The notes beneath the pieces were generated by a model. That model was not told where the DNA came from. It was given only the letters and a program-made list of their open reading frames with translations, and did not search any database. Shown piece after piece: positions 56,383 to 64,000 of a stretch of 64,000 nt of DNA; position 1 is the first letter of the stretch; the number at the start of each line of letters is the position of its first letter. This DNA comes from Clostridia bacterium. GTDB lineage: Bacteria; Bacillota; Clostridia; Oscillospirales; CAG-272. The stretch spans positions 1,709-65,708 of the forward strand of contig JAGAKG010000041.1 in assembly GCA_017625755.1 (NCBI GenBank), written 5' to 3'. The translations under genes and the position numbers were made by a program.

Positions 56383-59187
56383 ATGAAGCAGGTGGAGAAG
56401 AAATACAGGAGCCTTCCCTTTTGGTCTTGGAATGATGAGCTTGATAAGGACGAGCTCATAAAGCAGATCGAATGGATGAATGAAAATGGAATAGGCGGAT
56501 TTTTTATGCACGCAAGAGGCGGGCTTAAAACTTCTTATCTTGGCGAAAAATGGCACGAATGTATCGAGGCGTGCTCAAAAAGAGCAGACGAGCTCGGTAT
56601 GGAAGCGTACGCATACGACGAAAACGGCTGGCCAAGCGGGTTCGTTGGCGGTAAGTTGCTTGAGGATATAGAAAATCACGACAGATATTTGACTCACACG
56701 ATAGGAGAATACGACGAAAACGCGCTCGCATCGTATGACATAAGCAAGGATTCTATTGAAAGAGCTTTTGCTCCCTGTGAGAGCTGTCTTAATGTATACG
56801 AGCATTATTCCGCATCGACTGCCGATATCTTGAATCCCGAGGTAGTGGATAAGTTTATCGCGCTTACTCACGAGGAGTATAAAAAAAGAGATAAATACGG
56901 TCTTAAAGGCTTTTTCACAGACGAGCCTCAATATTATCGTTGGGACACGCCTTACACAAAGGCTTTGCCCGAATATTTCAAAAATACATATGGCGAGGAT
57001 ATTCTTGACGGTCTTGGACTTTTGTTCGTTGAAAAGGACGGATACAGGGCGTTTCGGTATAAATTTTGGAAAGCTATGCAGGCTCTTATGCTTGAAAGCT
57101 TCGGCAAAAAGATCTATAGCTGGTGCGATAAGAACGGATATAAGCTCACAGGTCACTATATCGAGGAGGGCTGCCTTGACGGTCAAATGCTTTGCTGTGC
57201 GGGGATTATGCCTTTTTATGAGTATGAGCACATTCCGGGAATTGACTACCTTGGCTCTTGGATATCAAACGGCTTTGCGGAAAGACAGGTGGCAAGCGTT
57301 AGCGCTCAGCTCGGAAAAAAACAGATACTTACCGAAACGTTTGCGGGCTGCGGCTGGAATATAACGCCGAAGCGTCTTAAAAAAATCGCGGAATGTCAAT
57401 ACGTTCACGGCGTAAATCTTATGTGTCAGCATTTATTGCCGTTTAAGGAGCAGGGACAAAGAAAGCGTGATTATCCTGCGCATTTTTCGAGTGTAAATCC
57501 TTGGGTCAAAAAGGGATTTTCACAATTCAACGACTATTTTTCGTATCTTGGAAAAATGATCGCAGAAAGCACTGAGTATGTAAACGTCGGAGTTTTTCAT
57601 CCGATAAGAAGCGCATATTTTAATTATAAGCGCTTTGATATCAGAGAAAGATCGGGGCTTCGCTCGCTTGAGAATTCGCTCCAAGCCTTGGTGAATAAGC
57701 TCGGTAAGAACGCAATAGCCTATCACTTCCTTGATGAAACCGTAATGTCAAATCACGCAAGAGTCGAAAACGGCACACTTGTTGTGGGAAAATGCAGATA
57801 TGACTATATAATCTTTCCGCAGATTTTCACAATGGATAAATCGAGCGAAAATCTTCTTCGGGAATATATAAAAACGGGCGGAAGGGTTCTTTTTACGGAC
57901 GGCAAACCGGAATATCTTGAGGGTGATGAATTTGATTATTCTTACCTTGAAACGAACACGTCCTGGGACGAAATAATTAATGCTCAGCCAATTAAAGTTA
58001 AAAATAACGAGAATGTTCGCCTGACCTACAGACACGGCGGGGACGGCAAGGATTTTATCTATGCCGTAAACCTTGGAGAAAAAACGAGGATAAGCATAGA
58101 ACTGAAGGGCGCGCGCTCGTTTGATGTTTATGATATAATGAGTGAAAAAACCGAAAATGTGCCGACAAGTGTCGATTTTGAGGACGGTCAGTCTTATATT
58201 CTGTATCCGTCAGCTAAGATTGCAAAAGAAAAAGCGCCTCTTGATGAGATGCGCCTTGACGGTGTATTTGATTGTGATGGCGTAGATAATTATTTTACAC
58301 TTGATCTTTTGCGTTATTCAAGTGACGGAAAGGAATATTCCGAAAAGCTTCATCATATGTGTGCATTTGACGAGCTGCTTAAGAAAAGATACGAGGGCAA
58401 ATTATATCTAAAATACGAATTCGAGGCAAAAGAATTGCCCGAAAAATGCGAGCTGCTTGTGGAAAATGAAAAGGCTATAAGCGTTCTTATAAACGGAAAA
58501 GAGGTCACCCAGTGTCAAGAAAACGACTTTGAAGTGGCGAAGCATTGCTACGATATTGCGGGAGCTCTTAAAAAGGGCGATAACGAGATTGTGATGTTGA
58601 TAGATTATTATCAAGGAGAAAATGTTTATTATGCGCTCTTTGGTGAAAATGTTACCGAGGGACTTAAAAACTGTCTTGCTTACGATACCGAGATCGAGCC
58701 TGTTTATTTAAGAGGAAGCTTCGGAGTTTACGGTAATTTTGAGAGTGGAAAGAGCGAAAATATTTTACTCGGCAGTGATTTTTATATAGACGAGCAAAGT
58801 GAAAGAATAAAAAGCCTTGTGAAAGACGGATTTCCGTTCTTTGCGGGAGATATTACAATAAGCAAAAATATTAATGTGGAAAACACAAGAGCAAGGCTCG
58901 TTATTGATAAGCCGTTTCTCATAATAGATGTCAGAATAAACGACACATATGCCGGCAGAATGATGTTTGAAAGCAGTCTTGACGTTTCCGAATATCTTAA
59001 AAAAGGCGAAAATAAAATAAGCCTCACCGTAACTGTGGGAAACAGAAATCTGTTAGGACCGTTTCACTCTCCCGAGCAAGAGCCCGGATTTGTAGGCCCG
59101 GAAACCTTTGAACGCTTCGGAACATGGAAAAACGGCAAAAGCAAGCACTATGCCGAAAAATATTCCTTCGTTGAGGGAATGATTTAA
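56383..59187 (+). CDS. Large putative glycoside hydrolase, family uncertain
   Basis: N-terminus YRSLPFWSWNDELDKDELIKQIEWMNENGIGGFFMHARGGL recurs in large uncharacterised GH-like proteins. Sits in a glycan-degradation context. Confidence 0.45.
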   Translation: MKQVEKKYRSLPFWSWNDELDKDELIKQIEWMNENGIGGFFMHARGGLKTSYLGEKWHECIEACSKRADELGMEAYAYDENGWPSGFVGGKLLEDIENHDRYLTHTIGEYDENALASYDISKDSIERAFAPCESCLNVYEHYSASTADILNPEVVDKFIALTHEEYKKRDKYGLKGFFTDEPQYYRWDTPYTKALPEYFKNTYGEDILDGLGLLFVEKDGYRAFRYKFWKAMQALMLESFGKKIYSWCDKNGYKLTGHYIEEGCLDGQMLCCAGIMPFYEYEHIPGIDYLGSWISNGFAERQVASVSAQLGKKQILTETFAGCGWNITPKRLKKIAECQYVHGVNLMCQHLLPFKEQGQRKRDYPAHFSSVNPWVKKGFSQFNDYFSYLGKMIAESTEYVNVGVFHPIRSAYFNYKRFDIRERSGLRSLENSLQALVNKLGKNAIAYHFLDETVMSNHARVENGTLVVGKCRYDYIIFPQIFTMDKSSENLLREYIKTGGRVLFTDGKPEYLEGDEFDYSYLETNTSWDEIINAQPIKVKNNENVRLTYRHGGDGKDFIYAVNLGEKTRISIELKGARSFDVYDIMSEKTENVPTSVDFEDGQSYILYPSAKIAKEKAPLDEMRLDGVFDCDGVDNYFTLDLLRYSSDGKEYSEKLHHMCAFDELLKKRYEGKLYLKYEFEAKELPEKCELLVENEKAISVLINGKEVTQCQENDFEVAKHCYDIAGALKKGDNEIVMLIDYYQGENVYYALFGENVTEGLKNCLAYDTEIEPVYLRGSFGVYGNFESGKSENILLGSDFYIDEQSERIKSLVKDGFPFFAGDITISKNINVENTRARLVIDKPFLIIDVRINDTYAGRMMFESSLDVSEYLKKGENKISLTVTVGNRNLLGPFHSPEQEPGFVGPETFERFGTWKNGKSKHYAEKYSFVEGMI

Positions 59188-59249
59188 CCTCAAGCGCTAT
59201 ATAATTTGCTCGTAATATCAGAGCTTTAGGCAATGATTATGAAAAAATA

Positions 59250-59277
59250 TTGACTTTTTAAAAATATGGCGTATAAT
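59250..59277 (+). promoter_or_regulatory. Near-consensus sigma-70 promoter for candidate structured RNA copy 2
   Basis: TTGACT, 16-nt spacer, TATAAT. Confidence 0.7.
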
Positions 59278-59280
59278 ATA

Positions 59281-59357
59281 TCAAGAATTCAGCCCACGCC
59301 TGTAGAAATTACAGGAACCATGGAGGTAACTCCAAATCTGGCTGAATTCTTTTTTAT
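59281..59357 (+). ncRNA. Candidate structured small RNA (unclassified), copy 2
   Basis: Outer stem AAGAATTCAGCC/GGCTGAATTCTT plus a U-run. Inner hairpins CCTGTA-GAAAT-TACAGG and GGAG-GTAA-CTCC. Confidence 0.6.
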
Positions 59358-59511
59358 TTTCACCATATTTTTCAAGTTAAAAAGTATATAAAAATTGTAT
59401 ATAAAGTGAGCAAAAATCCTTATGAATAAAGAAAAAAGACCGTATAAATACCTACTTTGTGAGTAGTTTTTATACAGTCTTTCTGGCTAATAACCCTAAT
59501 TTTGATACAAA

Positions 59512-59751
59512 TTAAGCAGCATCAAAAACTCTTATTTCATCTAAAAAGGCGTCCATATAGCCATGCAATTCCGCACTACGGCTTTGCAATTCTTGCAAGG
59601 CGGAAGGAGTGATGCTGTGGTTTAATAAGTCTCTTAATTTCTTTACGGACATTCTGCCAGGAGAATCTTCCGAACCGAACAAGTTTGTTAATAAAGCCTT
59701 ATCAAACGTATATCCAGCAAATGACAATGCAAAGGGGACTTGTGTCATCAC
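59512..59751 (-). CDS. Small hypothetical protein (79 aa), last gene of the ImmA-like operon
   Basis: The GTG/ATG start overlaps the upstream stop codon (TAGTGATG). No recognised family. Confidence 0.45.
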   Translation of the reverse strand: MMTQVPFALSFAGYTFDKALLTNLFGSEDSPGRMSVKKLRDLLNHSITPSALQELQSRSAELHGYMDAFLDEIRVFDAA

Positions 59752-59969
59752 TACTTTAAAGTAATCACTATACTGTCCAGTTTTTTGTATTGATGTTCTC
59801 TCAAAATAAATTTATATGTAATTTCACAAATCGAGAACTTATCTTTGAAACTGTCAATTTCGGCTTTAACTTTTTTATCGTTAAATATTGTCTCAAGACG
59901 AAGCATTTCTGCACGAGCATCATTTCTTAACCGTAATTGTTCTTGCGGGTTTATTTTTGGGGTAGCCAT
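59751..59969 (-). CDS. Small hypothetical protein (72 aa)
   Basis: AAGGAG RBS about 7 nt before the ATG at 59969 (MATPKINPQEQ...). Predicted helical. No recognised family. Confidence 0.45.
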   Translation of the reverse strand: MATPKINPQEQLRLRNDARAEMLRLETIFNDKKVKAEIDSFKDKFSICEITYKFILREHQYKKLDSIVITLK

Positions 59970-59988
59970 TTTGCATCTCCTTTGCCAT

Positions 59989-60504
59989 TTACAATGTGAA
60001 ACCAAGTGTACGCATCATATAGAAAAGATTTTCTGTTTTGACACCGAACACATTGGCAACATCGGGGATTTTGGCGTTCTTGCTCGGGCTACGGGGATTG
60101 AGCCCTTTGTTCGGCACTTCAAATGTGATTATGGTATATCCTTTTGCTTTCGCTGTAGATATTAACCACGGGTCAGCTACAGTACCTTTTGCCCATTCAG
60201 CCAAAGCGGAAGGCTTGTAACAAGCATTGCTTTGAATATGACCTAAGACTGCTCCGTAATGTGCTAATATGGTTGGATCTCTTCGGTCAACATAGGTGCC
60301 TATTGTTAAAGCCTCTATCCAATCTTTCAAACTATCCTCACCCTGGAGTATTTCGTCTTTGACCAAATCAAGAATAGCAATATCTCCATTTTGGATATGC
60401 TCCTCCATTTGGCTCCAAAAGCTTTCAGCAAAATCAAACGGATAATACATCAAATGCGGAGTGATAAGGGAGTTGGCATCAATCAAGAAAATTTCTTTAC
60501 TCAT
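59989..60504 (-). CDS. DUF4411 PIN-like nuclease family protein
   Basis: N-terminus FLIDANSLITPHLMYYPFDFAESFWSQMEEHIQNGDIAILDLVKDEI fits the DUF4411 pattern. Start overlaps the upstream stop by 4 nt. Confidence 0.6.
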   Translation of the reverse strand: MSKEIFLIDANSLITPHLMYYPFDFAESFWSQMEEHIQNGDIAILDLVKDEILQGEDSLKDWIEALTIGTYVDRRDPTILAHYGAVLGHIQSNACYKPSALAEWAKGTVADPWLISTAKAKGYTIITFEVPNKGLNPRSPSKNAKIPDVANVFGVKTENLFYMMRTLGFTL

Positions 60505-61679
60505 TTCAAGCCACCTCCTACCGTTTCTGCCAAATTACTAAAAGTAGAGCGGTTTGTATTTGTAAGACGGAAAGCATCCGAATATAATGTGCGACCGGCT
60601 TTAACACTACCTACGAGCATATGGAAGAATCTTTTATCAATCCTACTAGCTGCCGTGCGATAGAAATCACCGCCACCTTCTCCGCGCTCCTTCTTTCTCT
60701 TGCGAGCCTCATTGTATAATGTAATTGCTAATTGCGCAATTTTTTTATACACATCATAAGAAATAAGGTTTCCGTCGTATGCCTTTCGGGCAATTACCGT
60801 AATACCACATTTGAATTTATCAGATAAGAGCCTAATGTTCTCTTCGTGATTATCCTTGTCTTCAAGAGCGTTCCACGCATCCACAAAAGCTTGATGAGGA
60901 ACTAATATTTCGGCAGCCACAGCATTGCAAAGTGTTTCAGCTTTCTTTACTTGTGTTCCGGTACTATCGCGATCATTAAATAAGCTATTTTCCCCAATGC
61001 ATAGGTGAGTAAACTCATGAAGCAAGGAAAACAGTTTTCCGTTGGTGGAATCATTAGAGTTGATAAAAATAAGCGGAGCATATTCATCTACCACCGCAAA
61101 AGCGCGGAACTCATTAATATCTAGCGGACGGTGGGTATTATTTCCTACGATTCCGCTCATCATTACGATAGTTCCTACGTTGCTCATTGCCGTTCTAATA
61201 TAGTTGAAAGATTCCTCGGCGGTTTTGCAGGCGGTATACCAATCAATTTTTATATCTAATATTTCTCTTACTCGCTGTGCAAACTTCATAAAATTGGATT
61301 GAGATTTAAGTTCTCCAACGAAAGTCAAAGGAGTACTTCCTTCAGAAATCAAATAATCTCGGACCCAATCTTGAACTTGCCCCATATCGTGCATTGTATC
61401 CATTAAATTTCGGCTAGGTGTGTCCAAGGAGGCACTGTCCACCGTGCGAAATTCAATTAAAGACATATCTTCGGCGGGAGGGGTTTGCAAAAAGAAATAT
61501 CCCAAAGGAATGCCCGTGGCTTTGCTCACTTTTTCAACTTGATTGAAAGTTGGCGTTTTTTTGCCGTGATGCCAGGACTCCAAGTATTCAACTATTTGAT
61601 AATTTAGGGTTTCGGGCTGTATTTGACCTAGTACCCAATTCAGTATTTCAGGGGAAATACTAACATTTACTTGCATCAC
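60501..61679 (-). CDS. HTH-containing ImmA/IrrE-family (COG2856, M78) metallopeptidase
   Basis: N-terminal HTH-like segment (TFNQVEKVSKATGIPLGYFF) and the zinc motif LLHEFTHLCIG (HExxH). Confidence 0.75.
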   Translation of the reverse strand: MMQVNVSISPEILNWVLGQIQPETLNYQIVEYLESWHHGKKTPTFNQVEKVSKATGIPLGYFFLQTPPAEDMSLIEFRTVDSASLDTPSRNLMDTMHDMGQVQDWVRDYLISEGSTPLTFVGELKSQSNFMKFAQRVREILDIKIDWYTACKTAEESFNYIRTAMSNVGTIVMMSGIVGNNTHRPLDINEFRAFAVVDEYAPLIFINSNDSTNGKLFSLLHEFTHLCIGENSLFNDRDSTGTQVKKAETLCNAVAAEILVPHQAFVDAWNALEDKDNHEENIRLLSDKFKCGITVIARKAYDGNLISYDVYKKIAQLAITLYNEARKRKKERGEGGGDFYRTAASRIDKRFFHMLVGSVKAGRTLYSDAFRLTNTNRSTFSNLAETVGGGLK

Positions 61680-61714
61680 TTCACCTCCTATTACAAGTAT
61701 TTATTGTTTGATAA

Positions 61715-62152
61715 TTATTCATTGGAACAACTATCAGTATTTTTTATTCTCAAGGTAACCTTAAAATTCTCTTCCGGGAACAGCGAATCGTGTTCACGGC
61801 ATCTTGCTACCTCTGCCTTTATAACGCTCTCAACGGCGTGTTTGCCGTATTCGTCAAGGCGTAAATATGCCATAATCGTTTCGTAAAAACTTTCCTCGGC
61901 TTCCCATATGCCGAGTTGCTCTATATCCTCTTCCGTTATCTTAGGCGAAGAAGGGTCATTGGACGAGCCGAGAATATAATCTATCCGTCTATCGAATATG
62001 TCTGAAAGCGCATCAAGCGTTTCAAAGTTTGGCTCTCGTTTGCCGATCTCCCACATTGCAACCGTTCCCTTGGAAACGCCCAAAAGTTCCGCAAGCTGCA
62101 CCTGGGTCATATTCTTTTCTTTACGTAATTCTTTCAATCTGTGAGCAAACAT
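61715..62152 (-). CDS. XRE-family transcriptional repressor (ImmR/CI-like)
   Basis: HRLKELRKEKNMTQVQLAELLGVSKGTVAMWEIGKREP (HTH_3). GAGGTG RBS before the ATG at 62152. Confidence 0.85.
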   Translation of the reverse strand: MFAHRLKELRKEKNMTQVQLAELLGVSKGTVAMWEIGKREPNFETLDALSDIFDRRIDYILGSSNDPSSPKITEEDIEQLGIWEAEESFYETIMAYLRLDEYGKHAVESVIKAEVARCREHDSLFPEENFKVTLRIKNTDSCSNE

Positions 62153-62245
62153 TTCATCACCTCGCATAAATTATATCACGAATCGTGAGTATTGTCAAGT
62201 GTTTTCTAACGCTTTGATGGTGCTTGCGATATTTTTTTGAAGAAA

Positions 62246-62317
62246 AAGATAACTTTCTGTGAGATTTGCTATTGACAAAGATAACTGAATGTTGTATAAT
62301 ATACTTGTAAATCTCAC
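62246..62317. promoter_or_regulatory. Divergent switch region: consensus promoter plus repeat motifs
   Basis: TTGACA (62272-62277), 17-nt spacer, TATAAT (62295-62300). Direct repeat AAGATAACT at 62246 and 62278. Inverted repeat GTGAGATTT (62259-62267) / AAATCTCAC (62309-62317). Confidence 0.6.
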
Positions 62318-62333
62318 GAAAGGAGAGAATTTT

Positions 62334-62522
62334 ATGAAAAATGAGACAAAACCGTCGATGATGACCATCAAGCAGATAGCAAAAACAGGGCTGATGCCCG
62401 AAAATGCTCTCCGTCAACTTTTGAAGGAAGGCAAGCTGCCTGTTGTCTATATCGGCAAAAAGGCTCTCATTAACTATTCCAAGTTATGTGAACTTCTCAA
62501 TCGGCTCGGTGATACCGAATGA
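62334..62522 (+). CDS. Excisionase/AlpA-like helix-turn-helix DNA-binding protein
   Basis: 62 aa. MTIKQIAKTGLMPENALRQLLKEGKLPVVYIGKK. AGGAG RBS. Confidence 0.6.
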   Translation: MKNETKPSMMTIKQIAKTGLMPENALRQLLKEGKLPVVYIGKKALINYSKLCELLNRLGDTE

Positions 62523-62555
62523 CCGATGCAAAATTTATGGAAAGGAGGAAACGGA

Positions 62556-64000
62556 ATGAGAACTCAATACACTAATCTGCCGAGCCTGTTAAAGAAGGAA
62601 GGCTTGTTTTGCTTATGGCAATACGAAACTCGCGATGGCAAAAAGACCAAGGTTCCGTATTGTATCCGTGGTTATCGTGCTGACCCCAGAAACAAAAATA
62701 CATTTTCAAAGTTTGACCAAGTCATTAGCCTTGCCAACGGATATGACGGAATCGGCATCGGTGTTTTTGATGACATCTGCGCCGTAGATATCGACCATTG
62801 TGTAGAAGACGGAGTGCTTTCAGAAATGGCTGACGATATCGTAAAAATGATGGACTCCTATACCGAGTATAGTCCCTCCGGTACTGGTGTGCGTATCTTT
62901 TTCAAGGCAAGCGGTCTGTCCTATGACAAAGAGCGTTACTACGTCAATAATCGCAAATTCGGTCTTGAAATCTATGTTTCCGGTTATACAAACAAATTTG
63001 TAACCGCTACAGGGAACGTGCTTATTGACCGAAATATCGAAGACCGAACCGAGGCTCTTTTGCTCGTACTTGAAAAATATATGGTCAAGCCGACACAGTT
63101 ATATACTCGCCGTGAGGATGTTCCCGGTAGCTTTCTTTCAGACGAGTCCATAATTGCCAAAGCAAGCGCATCCAAGCAGGGTGAAAAGTTCTCGGCTTTA
63201 TGGTATGGCGATGTCTCTGCATACGGAAGCCAAAGCGAAGCCGACCTTGCCCTTTGCTCCATTCTTGCATTTTGGTGTGGCGGTGATATTGAGCAAATGG
63301 ATAGACTCTTCCGTCAATCTGATCTTATGCGAGAAAAATGGGAGAGGGAGGATTATAGAATGAACACATTGAACCGAGCCGTGGCAATGACCAAGGAATT
63401 TTATAAGCCTCTCGGTCGAACCGCTCCGGCAGCGGAGTTTAATGATATTTCCATATTTCTTGATGAAGCCGCTCCCGAACGCAATGACCGTTACCCTTGG
63501 ACGGACATTGGCGGCGGACGGCTATTTGCGGATTGCTTTGAGAGCATTGCCAGGTATGTCCCCGAGAAGAAGAGCTGGTACTGTTACAAAGACGGCGTGT
63601 GGTCTACCGACAGCGGTGCGCTCCGCACGATGGAACTTTGTAAGGCGTTAGCGGATGCATTAATCGTATATGCGGTATCCATTCATGATGAACGCCAAAG
63701 ACAAGAGTTTATGAAATACTGCACCAAATGGCAGACGCGCCGTACGCGAGAAACGCTACTCAAAGATGCCCAAGGCGTACACCCCATATCCCTCTCGGAA
63801 TTTGATTGCGACCCTTACATCTTTAATTGTAAGAACGGTACATTACATCTTGATACGATGGCTTTTACAGAACATCGCGCAGAAGACCGCTTGACCAAGA
63901 TCTCAAATGTGGAATATGACCCTTCCGCATATAGTTCTCGGTTTGAAAGCTTTGTATCCGAAATTATGAGCGGAGATGTCGACAAAGCGAGATTTCTCCA
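62556..64000 (+). CDS. Prim-Pol / P4-family phage-plasmid primase (3' end outside the window)
   Basis: Frame is open to the window end. AVDIDHC and SPSGTGVRIFF (Prim-Pol); SQSEADLALCSILAFW...MDRLFRQS (PriCT-2-like); DPYIFNCKNGTLHLDT (D5_N/P4 region). AAAGGAGG RBS. Confidence 0.8.
   Translation, partial: MRTQYTNLPSLLKKEGLFCLWQYETRDGKKTKVPYCIRGYRADPRNKNTFSKFDQVISLANGYDGIGIGVFDDICAVDIDHCVEDGVLSEMADDIVKMMDSYTEYSPSGTGVRIFFKASGLSYDKERYYVNNRKFGLEIYVSGYTNKFVTATGNVLIDRNIEDRTEALLLVLEKYMVKPTQLYTRREDVPGSFLSDESIIAKASASKQGEKFSALWYGDVSAYGSQSEADLALCSILAFWCGGDIEQMDRLFRQSDLMREKWEREDYRMNTLNRAVAMTKEFYKPLGRTAPAAEFNDISIFLDEAAPERNDRYPWTDIGGGRLFADCFESIARYVPEKKSWYCYKDGVWSTDSGALRTMELCKALADALIVYAVSIHDERQRQEFMKYCTKWQTRRTRETLLKDAQGVHPISLSEFDCDPYIFNCKNGTLHLDTMAFTEHRAEDRLTKISNVEYDPSAYSSRFESFVSEIMSGDVDKARFL

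Larger units (their letters stand above)
59380..64000. mobile_element. Left portion of an integrated mobile element (ICE/prophage/island-like); right end outside the window
   Basis: XRE repressor plus ImmA-like protease divergent from an Xis-like gene and a Prim-Pol/P4 primase. The left boundary is only approximate. Confidence 0.7.

Noticed and set aside
56575-57231. 218-aa ORF on the minus strand
   Set aside because: It is antisense to the 934-aa GH-like gene and has no supporting features.
59512-60005. A single gene split by a frameshift (pseudogene)
   Set aside because: The upstream ORF has its own AAGGAG and ATG at 59969. The downstream ORF starts at GTG/ATG overlapping the stop codon (TAGTGATG), which is a normal translational-coupling arrangement. 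Two small genes is the simpler reading, although a frameshift cannot be excluded without homologs.

Overview
This 64-kb window looks like chromosomal DNA from a Firmicutes/Clostridia-like glycan degrader. That is an inference from gene content, GGAGG-type ribosome binding sites and lipobox lipoproteins; every protein family call comes from motif recognition by eye, with no database search. Contents in order:

- **2-12.5 kb:** an ABC-F fragment, an esterase lipoprotein, a GH43 beta-xylosidase, and a small RHH+SLOG cassette bracketed by a 53-bp duplication of the GH43 3' end. A minus-strand housekeeping block follows (azlDC, rsmG, rluD, lspA, yggT, sepF, yggS, miaA, queA), then dapA on the plus strand.
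- **12.6-21.8 kb:** four paralogous lipoprotein genes, interrupted by a GH92 and an EEP gene and followed by copies of a dispersed intergenic repeat.
- **21.8-36 kb:** a GT2 / GT2-HAD fusion glycosylation locus, an isomerase-deacetylase-CysK-like-amidohydrolase operon, and GH31-xylA-xylB.
- **36.2-44.0 kb:** a compact phage-like cluster containing short TerS, TerL, portal, scaffold, capsid, three connector proteins, Dit-like, Gp37/Tal-like, XhlA-like and holin. It has no integrase, replication genes, tail tube, tape measure or endolysin.
- **44-59.2 kb:** HAD phosphatase, GH43-like, SNF transporter, nagB, EEP, membrane proteins, two GH2 enzymes and a large GH-like protein.
- **From about 59.4 kb to the window end:** the left end of a mobile element with an ICEBs1-like XRE/ImmA switch, a DUF4411 PIN-like gene, two small coupled ORFs, an Xis-like gene and a Prim-Pol/P4-type primase.

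The observations I rate highest are:

1. The tube-less, lysin-less phage-like cluster.
2. Two paralogous promoter-plus-terminator structured RNA candidates at 48.25 and 59.28 kb, with compensatory base changes; the second abuts the mobile element.
3. The ImmA-like/DUF4411/two-small-gene operon.
4. The duplication-flanked RHH+SLOG cassette.
5. The dispersed repeat family.

I saw no rRNA, tRNA or CRISPR array.
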